A stretch of 64,000 bases of DNA from an uncultured Bacteroidales bacterium (GCA_945865235.1 CAMBDJ010000005.1:13864-77863); one strand, 5' to 3'. Positions 1 to 9,978 are shown, counted from the stretch's first letter. Numbers and translations: made by a program. Notes: generated by a model not told the origin, from the sequence alone.

Positions 1-213
1 GACTTTAGGAATTCTGGAACCTTGGTACGTCCTAATGAGTTCGACGGCAACATCATCATTGAGGCATGGAAATACCCGCCTGTCACCAAGATTGGTACGA
101 GAACCGAATGGGTGGACAGACTATCATTGGCCGTTTCACTCCGTGAGGATACAGACCCACGAGTGGAAGGTGAAGTTGAACGTTTAATTAATGATATAGA
201 ATGGAAGGATTAG
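1..213 (+). CDS. 3' part of a putative regulator/antitoxin (MarR-like or AbiEi-like partner of the downstream nucleotidyltransferase); 5' end outside the window
   Basis: Frame is open from base 1 (DFRNSGTLVRPNEF...). The C-terminus IEAWKYPP...VDRLSLAVSLREDTDPRVEGEVERL resembles the partner proteins usually found just upstream of this NTase family. It overlaps the next start by 13 nt. Confidence 0.55.
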   Translation, partial: DFRNSGTLVRPNEFDGNIIIEAWKYPPVTKIGTRTEWVDRLSLAVSLREDTDPRVEGEVERLINDIEWKD

Positions 214-986
214 AGAAATTCCGCGAAGCATTTGAAGCTTACTCAGAGAACTACGTTATCATCGGTGGCACGGCTTGTGACATCGCTATGTCCGGGACGG
301 CAGTACGTCCTCGTGCAACCCACGACATTGATATGATTGTCATTGTCGAAAAGATGACTGCTGACTTTGCCGAACACTTCTGGCAGTTCGTGCGTGAAGG
401 CGGTTATCGCCCTGAAAAGCGCAAGCAGTCTGAAGGGGAAGTTCCTAAGTACGAGCTATACCGCTTTGTCAATGGCAAGCCTGACTATCCCGAAATGATT
501 GAACTGCTGTCACGGCATCCAGACATTCTCGGTGAGCCGAAGGGTCTGACCATTGAGCCGTTGCCTGTGGACGAGGAAACGTCAAGCCTGAGTGCTATCA
601 TCATGGATGATGATTTCTATCACTTCACCATCGACCACAGCAAACTGACCAACGGGCTTCGTCATGCTGACTCAGCAGCCCTCATCGCCCTGAAGTCACG
701 TGCCTACCTTAATCTTTTGCAGGACAAGGCTAATGGCAAGCATGTCAACAGCAAGGACATCAAGAAGCATCGTTCTGACGTGCTGAAGAACGTGGTCATC
801 ATGGAAGACAGTCAGATTAAGGCTCCAGAGCCAATCGTCGCTTGCATAAAAGAATTTGTCGCCTCAATCAGAAATGATTGGGATGCCCTCTCTGAGCCTC
901 TTGCAAAGGCTCTTGACCAGGATCCTTCGTTCATCGAGGCTCTGCTAGAACAATTAGATGGATTATTTGCCATAGAACAGTCATGA
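201..986 (+). CDS. Nucleotidyltransferase, AbiEii/type IV toxin-like (DNA polymerase beta superfamily)
   Basis: 261 aa. Motifs VIIGGTAC, RATHDIDMI (RxTxDxD), ALIALKSRAY and DIKKHRSDV are typical of AbiEii-like NTases. Confidence 0.75.
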   Translation: MEGLEKFREAFEAYSENYVIIGGTACDIAMSGTAVRPRATHDIDMIVIVEKMTADFAEHFWQFVREGGYRPEKRKQSEGEVPKYELYRFVNGKPDYPEMIELLSRHPDILGEPKGLTIEPLPVDEETSSLSAIIMDDDFYHFTIDHSKLTNGLRHADSAALIALKSRAYLNLLQDKANGKHVNSKDIKKHRSDVLKNVVIMEDSQIKAPEPIVACIKEFVASIRNDWDALSEPLAKALDQDPSFIEALLEQLDGLFAIEQS

Positions 987-1744
987 AGATACAGTATGCA
1001 TCTGACCTCCATCTGGAGTTTGCCGACAACTGGCGATACCTGAAGGAGAATCCCCTGCAAGTGACAGGGGATATTCTCGTTCTGGCTGGCGACATCGGCT
1101 ACTTGGGGGATGACAACTATACCAAACATCCCTTCTGGGACTGGGCATCGGAGAACTACCAGCAGGTAATAGCCTGTATGGGCAACCATGAGTTCTACAA
1201 GTTCTACGACATCGCAAAGCTGAACGATGGCTATTGCCTTGAAATACGTCCTAATGTCCATAGCTATTATAACGCCATGGTGAGTATATGTGACATTGAC
1301 TTCATCATAACCACATTGTGGGCCAGGATTCCCCTGAAGGAGGCATATTATACGGAACAAGTGGTAAGCGACTTCCGGCGTATCATCTTCAATGGTGATA
1401 TTCTCACCTTTGCTGATTTCAACCGCGAACATGAAAGGTGCCTGGCTTTCCTGAAGAACGCTGTATCAAGCAGCAAGGCCAGAAGAAAAATTGTCGTAAC
1501 CCATCATGTCCCATCCTTCCAGATGCAATGCCCCAAGTTTGCCGATAGCCAAGCTAACGGAGCTTTCACGGTTGAACTGGAAGACTACATCAAGGATAGC
1601 GGCATCGATTACTGGATATATGGCCACTCCCACTACAACGTGGATGTCGAGATAGGCAATACCAAATGTGTGTCCAATCAGTTGGGGTATGTATTTCATG
1701 GGGAGCATGAATCATTTGAGCCAGGTAAATATATCGAAGCATAA
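983..1744 (+). CDS. Calcineurin-like metallophosphoesterase
   Basis: All five motifs are present: SDLHLE, LAGDIG, GNHEFY, VTHHVP, GHSH. The ATGA at 983-986 overlaps the NTase stop. Confidence 0.9.
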   Translation: MKIQYASDLHLEFADNWRYLKENPLQVTGDILVLAGDIGYLGDDNYTKHPFWDWASENYQQVIACMGNHEFYKFYDIAKLNDGYCLEIRPNVHSYYNAMVSICDIDFIITTLWARIPLKEAYYTEQVVSDFRRIIFNGDILTFADFNREHERCLAFLKNAVSSSKARRKIVVTHHVPSFQMQCPKFADSQANGAFTVELEDYIKDSGIDYWIYGHSHYNVDVEIGNTKCVSNQLGYVFHGEHESFEPGKYIEA

Positions 1745-2182
1745 CACCCCATGAAATTCTCCATGATATATTCACTCAGTTCTCTGAAATATCTGCTCGA
1801 TTCATCCAGACGGACAAGTCATAGGGTGTAAAACGCTTACTTTTTTGCCACAATATATTGAGCATAAAATATCAATATTTAACGAAATATTCAACCGAAT
1901 GAAAGAGAAAAAGAACTTATCCTATAGTTTAAGAAAGGTGACACATCCCTTCAAAAGCAGCTTAAACTCAATGTTTTTGCCGATTTTGAGCCTACCTGGG
2001 GCTTTTGTCACCTTAACAAATATTAATCACGTTAAAAATGCGATTTTTGAAAATTATTTTGAGCGTTTTCGCACTTTTCTATCGTTTAACACCTAACTAT
2101 CTGATAATCAGCGATGTTTATTTCCTGCATCGGCAAATGATGTGAGTATCAAAATCGATTAAAATATATCACCAAATATCAG

Positions 2183-2207
2183 AAAGGCACTCAAAATGAG
2201 TGCCTTT
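2183..2207. terminator. Perfect hairpin, possible intrinsic terminator
   Basis: AAAGGCACTCA-AAA-TGAGTGCCTTT, flanked by A- and T-rich bases. Confidence 0.5.
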
Positions 2208-2280
2208 TGTCATGCCTGACTCCTGCAAATGGTAATCGACTTTAGTCGCTTGCTTTGCAAGAATCAGTCCTAATTTTTAT

Positions 2281-2456
2281 TCAACTCAAAATGTTTAGCG
2301 GACAGTAATATTTTTTTAACTCCTTGAGGTCAAGACTCTCGACAACGGCATCGACAATACGCACGGGGTCGTTTTCCGCTATATCTTCATCAAGATTCAG
2401 CAGAAAAAAAGTCTGTCGTTGTTACTGTAAAATTTTGTATGTAACTTTGTGGACAT
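2281..2456 (-). pseudogene. IS1182-family transposase N-terminal relic (frameshifted, truncated)
   Basis: Minus strand reads MSTKLHTKFYSNNDRLF, then shifts frame in a T7 run to LNLDEDIAENDPVRIVDAVVESLDLKELKKYY. DEDIAENDPVRIV is the characteristic start of Bacteroidales IS1182 transposases. Stop at 2281-2283. Confidence 0.75.
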
Positions 2457-2500
2457 TAATTGCTTGTTTGTCATAAAGTTACAAAAACTTTTTTGACATG

Positions 2501-2534
2501 ACAAAGCCCCGGCTTGTGAAAGTCAGGGCTTTGT
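2501..2534. repeat. Imperfect inverted repeat upstream of the IS1182 relic
   Basis: ACAAAGCCCCGGCTT against AAGTCAGGGCTTTGT, 13 of 15 bases complementary. Confidence 0.5.
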
Positions 2535-2562
2535 TTTATGTTTAACAGCAGGTTACAAAACA

Positions 2563-2591
2563 GAGGCTGCGCCAATTTTTGACACAGCCTC
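2563..2591 (-). terminator. Hairpin terminator downstream of the 1159-aa gene
   Basis: GAGGCTGCGCCAA...TTGACACAGCCTC (11 of 13 complementary), followed by TGTTTTG on the minus strand. Confidence 0.55.
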
Positions 2592-2641
2592 AGGAGAGGA
2601 GATAGAGTGAGCATGGCCGGTTATAGCCTGTCAAGGAACGG

Positions 2642-5600
2642 TCATGGACGGACGTACTTTATGGTTTTGACGGTGCCGTCGGTGGCGGTGATGCGCAGGA
2701 GGTAGATGTCCTTGTCGAGGGTGCGCAGGGTCTTGTATGCCTCGGCGGCGCCGGTGGCGGGAACAACGGTGCGGCCCTGCAGGTCGTAGACAGTGATCTC
2801 GGAGGCGTTGTCAACGCCGGGAAGGGTGATGCCCGACTTGTTGTCGGCTTTGCCGCCTATGATGAGCTGTGTGGCGGGAGCGCCGGCGCTGGTGAGGTTG
2901 ACGTAGACGTTGTGCTCGCCTTCCTCGACGGGGCTGTACTTGAAGTTGAGCTCGCCGCCTTCGGCAGGAAGCTGCTCGCTGTACCCTGTGAACAGGCCTT
3001 TGTACTGACCTTCGAGGGCCACGGCGATGGGCTCGGTGAGGTTAAGGCCGGTGACGGTGATGGTCTCCAGATCCTGGGTCATGCCTACCTCGGCGGTAGT
3101 GGTGACCTGGCGCTTGTCGACGCGGATGAAGGGCTGGGTAGTGCTGCCGTAGCAGAAGTCGTCGACATAGTAGCTCTCGGGCGAGGTGGCACCGGCACCG
3201 CTGATGTAGTGGAAGCCGATGAAGAAGACGTCGGCGAGGTCGAGGCCTTCGAGGTCGACTACATATTCGGCCCATTCGCCGGCGGCGTCAGCACCTGTGG
3301 GGATGTCGTTACCGCCGAGGAGCACCTGGTAGCGTTGGTTTTCGGGGAGGGTCGGGTCGATGTAGAGCACCGAAAGCTGGCCCATCTGGCCGTCGCTTAG
3401 CAGGTTGCCCTTGATGCGGAACGAGAGCAGACGGCTTGTGCAGTTCTTGTAGTCGAGAGCGGGCGAGAGCAGTAGCATCTCGGCGGTGGGCTCGTTGGAG
3501 GTGGCGCCGCCCCATATGTACGAAGTCACCTTGGCGACGGTGTTGCCGTCGTCGTTGTAGCTCCACCATGCGCGGTTGCCGTCGACGGCGACGTTCTTCC
3601 AACCCTCGAGTGCGAGAGGCTTGTTGTTGGCGCCGCTGTTCGAGAAGTCGGTGGCGTAGTATTTGAGCGGGTTGGCGGTGTCGAAGACAAGCTCGTCGCC
3701 CTCCTTATCGCCGGCTGAGGCGCCGCCGGCGGTCTTGCCGGTGACGGTGATGGTCTTTGTCTCGGCCTTTGCGGCGGAGAACTCGATGACCTCGGTGAAG
3801 GTGCCCTCAGCGGTGGGGGCAAAGGTAACCTTGAGAGCGGTCTGACCGTCCTTGAGGAACATGGTCGAGCCGATGCGGAAGGCACCGTTGCCCTGGCCGA
3901 GCACGCGTATGGATCCGTAGTCGAGCAGGCCCGTGGCGTTGATGGTGACCGTCTGCTCCTGGGTATCGCCTACTTTGGCCGAGAACTCGGTGACAGCAGA
4001 GTTGTCGACGCTGAAGACGGGCAGGTTGTCGGGGTCGTAAGCCTGTGCGGCAAAGCCCTTGTTGTAGGTCAGCTCGGTGTTCGAGGTCTCAATCATCAGG
4101 TTGCCCTGCTTGCGTCCTGTCGAGGTGGGCCTGAAGCTGACAGTGATGACGTATTCGCCTGTACCGGCTGGAATTTCGGTGAGGTCGGCGCTGAAGTGCG
4201 AGCGGTCTTTGCCGGTTACGTATATGGCGGCGGCCTTGGCGAGGTTCTGGGCTTTTACGGTGAACTTGGCAAAGGGAGTGGTGACGTTGACGGGATAGTA
4301 CTCGTTGGCATCGACGAGCAGTTGCTCGGTCACCTCAAGTTTCTCCTCGTCGGCAGGCGAAGCTATGAGGTCGGCAAGCGAGCGCATGGTTATCATCGTG
4401 GCGGATGTCGAAGTGGAGATGCCCACTACAGCCTTGGCGGTCTGCGGAATAGTGGTGCCGATGATGTCGGTGCCGGCGAATGCGCGCACCTTGCCGGTGG
4501 CGTCGCCCGAGGTGATGTCGGTACCGGCGGTGCTGAAGTTTGAGCCGGCAGCGGCGAATGTTACGTCGTTGACCTTGACAAGGCGGTTGAGGTACATGTC
4601 GCGGTTGTTGTTAAGGTCGGCCAGAGTCAGCTCGAGAGGCTCTTTGGACTGGTCGGTGGCGTTGACAGTGCCGTATTCGATGCCGTCGGCACCGTAGTAG
4701 GCAAGGAGCATGCAGCCGGGCTGTCCGCCGGTGGTCTCGGGCTCTGCGCCCATGATGTAGAGCTTGGTGAGCTGGTCGCCGAGCTTGAAGGGTGCGGCCT
4801 CGAGGCCGGTCATTGTTGAGTAGTCGAGTGCCATGCCACCTACAACATCCTGCAGATAAATCTTTTTGTTGGCGGCGTCGACAAAGGTCACCGTAGCCTT
4901 GCCCGAGAAGTAATATGTCTCGTAGGGCTGGATGGTCGAGATGAAGCGGAAGCTGGCAAGGGTATTTGCCGGGTAAACGGTTGCCTTAACGGGCAGTGAG
5001 GCTGTTGTCTCGCCGGAGGTGAAGGCGAGAGTCTCGTTGATTTCGGTGCCGGCGGTGGCGTCAAGAGTCAGTGTGAGGTCGTAACCGGCGGCCGAGCATG
5101 CCTCGGCGGCGGGGATGGCCGTCACGGCGGGCTTGACGTTGGCGTTGCCTGAGATGGCGATGTCCTCGGTGATACCCTGAGCCTTGACCTTGACGGTGGT
5201 GGTGTACTTCTGGTACTGATAGAGCGCGAAGCCGGAGGGAAGCGAGAGTTTGCCCACCGTTATCTCGCCTTTGTCGACGGGGTCGGGGGTTGTGCCGCCT
5301 CCCTCGCTCCAAAGCTCATCCCAGGAGGTGGCCAGGCGGATGGGGCCGACAAGCATCTCAGGGCATTTTTTCGAGCTTGAGGTGGTCTGGCAAATGGCAA
5401 ACGCCGCTACGCCGCGTGTGGGGTCACCCTTGGATGTGTCGGCTTTGATGTCGGCGGTTGCAGGCTCCGAGTCACCGGCGACGGGATTTACCCATGCCGT
5501 GAAGGTGTCGTTGGTGGTTCCGGGGATAGCCGTGTACTTGAGCACGATAAGGTAGGTTGTGCCGTAGTCCAGCTCGGTGTCGCTGAGGGTGGCGGTGCTT

Positions 5601-6121
5601 GCGGAAGTGTTTTTCGATATTCCGAAACGGTATTTGCCCGGGGTGGTGGACGGGCCCACAAAGGTCACGCCATAAGGACCGGTAAGCGATGAGCTGTCCT
5701 TTATTGTGCTGCTAGAGTTAATCGTTCCGAAGGCTGTGACATACATCAGGTCGGTGGCGTTCTGTACGTTTATCAGCATTGCTGCATATACGGAGCCGTC
5801 GGTGATGGCGTTGTAAGTGCCGTTGGCATTGGCGGCGTAGAAGGGGCGCAACACATCCTGGTCGGTGCTGGAAACCGGAGCGAGCCGTACCGAGTTGCCC
5901 GAGGCAAATCCGTCGAGCGAGAGAGTGGTGGATGTCACCTGGATGGGGTTTCCCTTGTTGTTGCTCTGCATCCAGCCCGGATTTCCGTAGAGGTTTCCGG
6001 GGGGATAGCTGAACGTCTCGGTGAAAATCACCTCGGCACTCGCGCTTGATGCGGCGAGCAGCGAAAGCGACAATGCTCCCGCGCTCAGCAAGTGGGATAA
6101 TGATTTGGTCATGTTAAACAA
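2642..6121 (-). CDS. Large multidomain secreted surface protein, T9SS cargo-like (lectin-like N-domain, OB-fold-like segment, ASH/Ig-like repeats, cleaved-adhesin/choice-of-anchor-J-like domain)
   Basis: 1159 aa. Signal peptide ending ASA/EV; GGGTTPDP linker; LEGWKNVAVDGNRAWW...EMLLLSPALD adhesin-like motif; C-terminal ITVYDLQGRTV...IYLLRI...KTIKYVRP sorting-domain-like tail. Confidence 0.8.
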   Translation of the reverse strand: MFNMTKSLSHLLSAGALSLSLLAASSASAEVIFTETFSYPPGNLYGNPGWMQSNNKGNPIQVTSTTLSLDGFASGNSVRLAPVSSTDQDVLRPFYAANANGTYNAITDGSVYAAMLINVQNATDLMYVTAFGTINSSSTIKDSSSLTGPYGVTFVGPSTTPGKYRFGISKNTSASTATLSDTELDYGTTYLIVLKYTAIPGTTNDTFTAWVNPVAGDSEPATADIKADTSKGDPTRGVAAFAICQTTSSSKKCPEMLVGPIRLATSWDELWSEGGGTTPDPVDKGEITVGKLSLPSGFALYQYQKYTTTVKVKAQGITEDIAISGNANVKPAVTAIPAAEACSAAGYDLTLTLDATAGTEINETLAFTSGETTASLPVKATVYPANTLASFRFISTIQPYETYYFSGKATVTFVDAANKKIYLQDVVGGMALDYSTMTGLEAAPFKLGDQLTKLYIMGAEPETTGGQPGCMLLAYYGADGIEYGTVNATDQSKEPLELTLADLNNNRDMYLNRLVKVNDVTFAAAGSNFSTAGTDITSGDATGKVRAFAGTDIIGTTIPQTAKAVVGISTSTSATMITMRSLADLIASPADEEKLEVTEQLLVDANEYYPVNVTTPFAKFTVKAQNLAKAAAIYVTGKDRSHFSADLTEIPAGTGEYVITVSFRPTSTGRKQGNLMIETSNTELTYNKGFAAQAYDPDNLPVFSVDNSAVTEFSAKVGDTQEQTVTINATGLLDYGSIRVLGQGNGAFRIGSTMFLKDGQTALKVTFAPTAEGTFTEVIEFSAAKAETKTITVTGKTAGGASAGDKEGDELVFDTANPLKYYATDFSNSGANNKPLALEGWKNVAVDGNRAWWSYNDDGNTVAKVTSYIWGGATSNEPTAEMLLLSPALDYKNCTSRLLSFRIKGNLLSDGQMGQLSVLYIDPTLPENQRYQVLLGGNDIPTGADAAGEWAEYVVDLEGLDLADVFFIGFHYISGAGATSPESYYVDDFCYGSTTQPFIRVDKRQVTTTAEVGMTQDLETITVTGLNLTEPIAVALEGQYKGLFTGYSEQLPAEGGELNFKYSPVEEGEHNVYVNLTSAGAPATQLIIGGKADNKSGITLPGVDNASEITVYDLQGRTVVPATGAAEAYKTLRTLDKDIYLLRITATDGTVKTIKYVRP

Positions 6122-6261
6122 AATTTACTTATTAGAAAATGTGATATGATTAATCGGGAAGAATAATCCGTATTGGAAACAGAAGACGGCTGTACAGCTG
6201 CCCTCGCTGTTATTTTAGGCGTCCGGGACAGCTATTTTGGCCTGTGGCAAACTTTTATCGG

Positions 6262-6269
6262 CAAAGATA
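6262..6269 (-). promoter_or_regulatory. Bacteroidetes -7 promoter element (TATCTTTG) for the 1159-aa gene
   Basis: Plus-strand CAAAGATA matches the TAnnTTTG consensus on the minus strand, about 140 nt upstream of the ATG. Confidence 0.5.
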
Positions 6270-7015
6270 ATAAAAATTTCCCTAAAACCCAAATTGGCTT
6301 AGGGGAATACTGAATTACAGTTAATTACATTTTAGGGAGAGTTTCAAGCCTTTCTACGTAGGCGACTCCGGAAACCACAGTTTCAGGTAGCCGCCTTCGG
6401 CGTATTTCTCATGGAGATGGTCAAGGGTACGCTGCCAATGTTCTTCCTTATCCAACTCCGGATAATGGTCGAGACCATATTGAACGGTTCTCTCTATTGT
6501 CGTTTCAGGTTCGATGAGGCGGTCGGCTTGGATAGGATTCGAGGTGGAGTTCATCTTGCCGACAGTTTAAGCTAATAAGAGGGTGCCCCAAACAGCAGAT
6601 ATGATACCTCGGCGACATATATTGATTGAGATAAATCTTATAAAAAATTAACAGTTGTATTGCCAATGTGAGTTCCTTTTATGAGTTTAATCTTGCTTTG
6701 TAAAGCAACACATAAAATTGGGGATAGTGAGACAAAACTGTTAAAAACGAGAACATTATAAGGGGGATGTTCCTAAATTAAAGAACTTTCTCGAACGGTG
6801 TCACTCGTTTGAAGATGCGTTGGTATGTTTTAAACTAATTTTGCATTGTGAACAAATATAAACATAGACAACATACCCGTTTGCTCTTATTTCTTGCATT
6901 GGCATAGTGTCAGCAAAAGAGGCAATAGGAAATGGAATGGCCGGAGAATCGAATGCATAATTTTCGTGACTGTTCGTGATTCCGAAGGAGAAGTGCAACA
7001 TAAATAACAACATAT

Positions 7016-7048
7016 CAAATTTCTAACAACATAACAAATTTCTAACAA
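7016..7048 (+). repeat. 14-bp direct repeat directly before the start codon
   Basis: CAAATTTCTAACAA at 7016-7029 and 7035-7048 (period 19); the ATG is at 7049. Confidence 0.7.
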
Positions 7049-9913
7049 ATGAAAAGATTTTTTACTCTCCTGATAATCGTCATGGCGATTATAGGGCAGA
7101 TGAGAGCGGAACGCAACTGGACGCCGCCGACAGGCGGTGCGACCAGTGAAGCAGTGCTCTATGCAGTGCTCAAGGCTGAAGATGGCAACGTTTTGAAGCC
7201 GGGAACGAATGTGATTCTCGGAGCCTTCGTCGGCAATAAATGTTACGCCATTTCTACGGCAAAGCAGGCATCGGAAGCAGAAGTGACGCCCGGCGAAGGC
7301 GTATTTACCCTTCGTTTCCCCGTCGATGACGCCGCCAGCACTACGTTGAACTTCGCGCTTAAGGTCAGCGATACCTATTCGGGAGAGTTCAGCGAGTACA
7401 CTCTTGCCGAGACAATTACCGTGAGCGGCGGCGACCAGACCATCAATAAGCCTTCTCAGCCCATGGAACTGGCATTCACTCCTATGATGGACTTCGAACA
7501 CAAGACCATTAATGTGAACGTGGGCCAGTCCGTAAGCATTGCCGAACACCTAATCATTTATCCCGAAAGTGCCAACTTGCCTGATGCCATGAAATATGAC
7601 TTAAGCGAATGCGCGGAGTACATCAGCGTGGCCGACGGCAAGGTTACCGGTTTGGCTCCCAATGTCGAAGGCTGCTCCCTGGGATTCAGTTTCCAGACAT
7701 TTGACGCCACCCTCAGCAGTGGATTCATGGTTTACGTTTACCAGCCCATCACCGGCATGGCGCTTACCGATCCCAGTGTCAGCGAGGTTACAGTAAACGT
7801 CAATGACGCCGACGACCTAACGGCCAAACTCTACAGACTTATCACCGTTACGCCTGCCGATGCCACAGAGGATGTGTTATGGCAAAGCTCAGATGACAGC
7901 GGTGTTTCCGTTGACGAGTACGAAAACGGCAAGCCAAAACTCACACCGCTCAAGGCCGGCACATACACCGTGACAGCAAGTTGCGAAGACCAGTCGATAG
8001 ATCCTATCGAGATTACGGTCAACGTCATCCAGCCCGTAACCGGCATTGCTATGAGCGACAAAGTAGTAGGCAACGGTCTCATAGTGGCTCAGGGCACAAA
8101 TGTCACGAAATTCATCCCGTATATCTATACCCTCACGCCCGCCGATGCCAGCCATCAGGGCGCCGAATACATCAGCGTTTCATACCGAGGTATATTCAGT
8201 GGCGAAAATCCGTTCCTAGAAGATGGCACTGCTGCAATTATCGGTTCAGGCGCTACAGGCTGGATTGTAATCACACACAGCGACATTCCCAATGATCCTG
8301 TCTACGTCCCCGTGACCATCATCAAAGGCTTGCCCGAGAACGCAAATGTGCCCGACTTCTCGACTTCGATTCAAGAAAGTCAACTGAATCAAACCAACAT
8401 CCAGCCCGAATTGAAAAGCCACTTTGAGAATGCTCTCGGCGGCAAATACGATTGGGCCGAATTCAAGTGGGCAACTTCGGACGCAGCTATTTTTAATCTG
8501 CCTAACGACGGTGTAAGCGAAGTCTACCCCCAAGCTTACGGCACGGCAACGCTCACGGGTTCGAAGACCATCTACGTCAGCGACTTCGACAGCAACGGCG
8601 AATTCCAAGTCTCAATGGCAAAGACTGGCCAAGTCCCCTTTAATGTCACCATCGCCCAGGGCCTCACATCAATCAGTGTCAACGACATCAAAATGGCTGT
8701 AGGAGGCACCTACACAATGACCATCAACACTGTGCCCGACGGCTTCATCCTCGACAACGTCGAGCTGTCAATCCCCGAAATGACCAGTGGCGTGCCTTAC
8801 TTCACGACCGAACGCATTGCCGGAACCAACAACTACACCTTGACAGGCGAATATCCTGCTGTAGAAGCCTTTAGCATTACTGCCGACGGCGTCTCGACCA
8901 GAGCCTGGGTGTACATCGGTCAGGAATTCGCATTTGAAGAAGGATGGAGCTGGATTTCGAACTACGCTATTGCACCTCTTGAACTCTCCAGCCTGGAAAA
9001 TCTGCAGGAAGTACGCTCGCAGACAGCCCTTACCTACAACGATCCCTCCTACGGCTGGTTCGGCGACATTGAAGAGTTGGGAATGGAAATGCATAAGGTC
9101 AACGTTGCTGCCGGCAAGTCTTTCTCCTTCTTGAATATTTCACAAAACATCGGTTTCAATTACGACAATCATCAATACACTTTCCAGCCCGGCTGGAACT
9201 GGTGGAACAATCCCTATTGCCACGACTTCGCGCTCAACGACGTGTTTGCCGGCATGGATGCTGACGGCTGGAAGGTGATTGGTCAGAATGGCTTCGCCGA
9301 GGGCGACACGCAGAGCTTTAATGGATCGCTTGAAGCGCTCAAGGCCGGCGACGGCTACATCGTCTACAATCCCGGCACTTCGGAAGTAAGCTTCAGCACC
9401 CCTGGCGAACTCACACTGACACGCTATGTAGCTCCCACTACGCAACAGAGTGCACCGGCACGCCGCGCACGTCAAGCCGCCGCGCTCAGCTACAATCCGC
9501 GTAAATTTGCCGACAATATGGCAATCGTGGCCGACTTAGGTACCGATGTTGATACCGACCGCTACAGCGTTTACGCTTTCGTCGGCGATGAATGCCGCGG
9601 TGAGGGCAAGGCAGTCAACGGTCGCTATTTCATCACTGCCTATGGCAAGCAGGGCGAGTATGTAACCCTTCGTGTAATCGATAACGAGACAGGCGAAATC
9701 CAGACAGCCAACAGTCTGCAGTTCGCTCAGGCCGTCGGTTCGCTCAAGTCTCCGGTTAAGCTCAACGTAAATGTCAGCGGTATAGAGAATATCACCGTCG
9801 ATGCCGACCAGCTTGACGACAATGCCGTGATTTATGACCTGCAGGGACGCCGCCTCGGCAAGGGCGCCAAGGGCCTGCTAATCGTCAACGGCAAGAAAGT
9901 CTTTGTTAAATAA
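7049..9913 (+). CDS. Secreted Ig-like (Big_2) domain protein with T9SS-type C-terminal tail
   Basis: 954 aa. Signal peptide; Big_2-like segments (VTPADATEDVLWQSSD, PADASHQ); tail VSGIENI...VIYDLQGRRL...LLIVNGKKVFVK. Confidence 0.85.
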   Translation: MKRFFTLLIIVMAIIGQMRAERNWTPPTGGATSEAVLYAVLKAEDGNVLKPGTNVILGAFVGNKCYAISTAKQASEAEVTPGEGVFTLRFPVDDAASTTLNFALKVSDTYSGEFSEYTLAETITVSGGDQTINKPSQPMELAFTPMMDFEHKTINVNVGQSVSIAEHLIIYPESANLPDAMKYDLSECAEYISVADGKVTGLAPNVEGCSLGFSFQTFDATLSSGFMVYVYQPITGMALTDPSVSEVTVNVNDADDLTAKLYRLITVTPADATEDVLWQSSDDSGVSVDEYENGKPKLTPLKAGTYTVTASCEDQSIDPIEITVNVIQPVTGIAMSDKVVGNGLIVAQGTNVTKFIPYIYTLTPADASHQGAEYISVSYRGIFSGENPFLEDGTAAIIGSGATGWIVITHSDIPNDPVYVPVTIIKGLPENANVPDFSTSIQESQLNQTNIQPELKSHFENALGGKYDWAEFKWATSDAAIFNLPNDGVSEVYPQAYGTATLTGSKTIYVSDFDSNGEFQVSMAKTGQVPFNVTIAQGLTSISVNDIKMAVGGTYTMTINTVPDGFILDNVELSIPEMTSGVPYFTTERIAGTNNYTLTGEYPAVEAFSITADGVSTRAWVYIGQEFAFEEGWSWISNYAIAPLELSSLENLQEVRSQTALTYNDPSYGWFGDIEELGMEMHKVNVAAGKSFSFLNISQNIGFNYDNHQYTFQPGWNWWNNPYCHDFALNDVFAGMDADGWKVIGQNGFAEGDTQSFNGSLEALKAGDGYIVYNPGTSEVSFSTPGELTLTRYVAPTTQQSAPARRARQAAALSYNPRKFADNMAIVADLGTDVDTDRYSVYAFVGDECRGEGKAVNGRYFITAYGKQGEYVTLRVIDNETGEIQTANSLQFAQAVGSLKSPVKLNVNVSGIENITVDADQLDDNAVIYDLQGRRLGKGAKGLLIVNGKKVFVK

Positions 9914-9938
9914 GCCCAACACCTTCATTAGATAATGT

Positions 9939-9978
9939 CATGGCGCCCGTCAATATGGGCGCGGCGCCATGGCTTTTT
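9939..9978 (+). terminator. Rho-independent terminator
   Basis: CATGGCGCC...GGCGCCATG stem followed by GCTTTTT. Confidence 0.7.

Noticed and set aside
1845-2096. 83-aa ORF
   Set aside because: AT-rich intergenic sequence with a TTG start and no protein-like features.
6354-6554. 66-aa ORF in the divergent intergenic region
   Set aside because: Protein-like composition but no recognisable family or clear initiation signals; it could be a fragment, so it is left uncalled.
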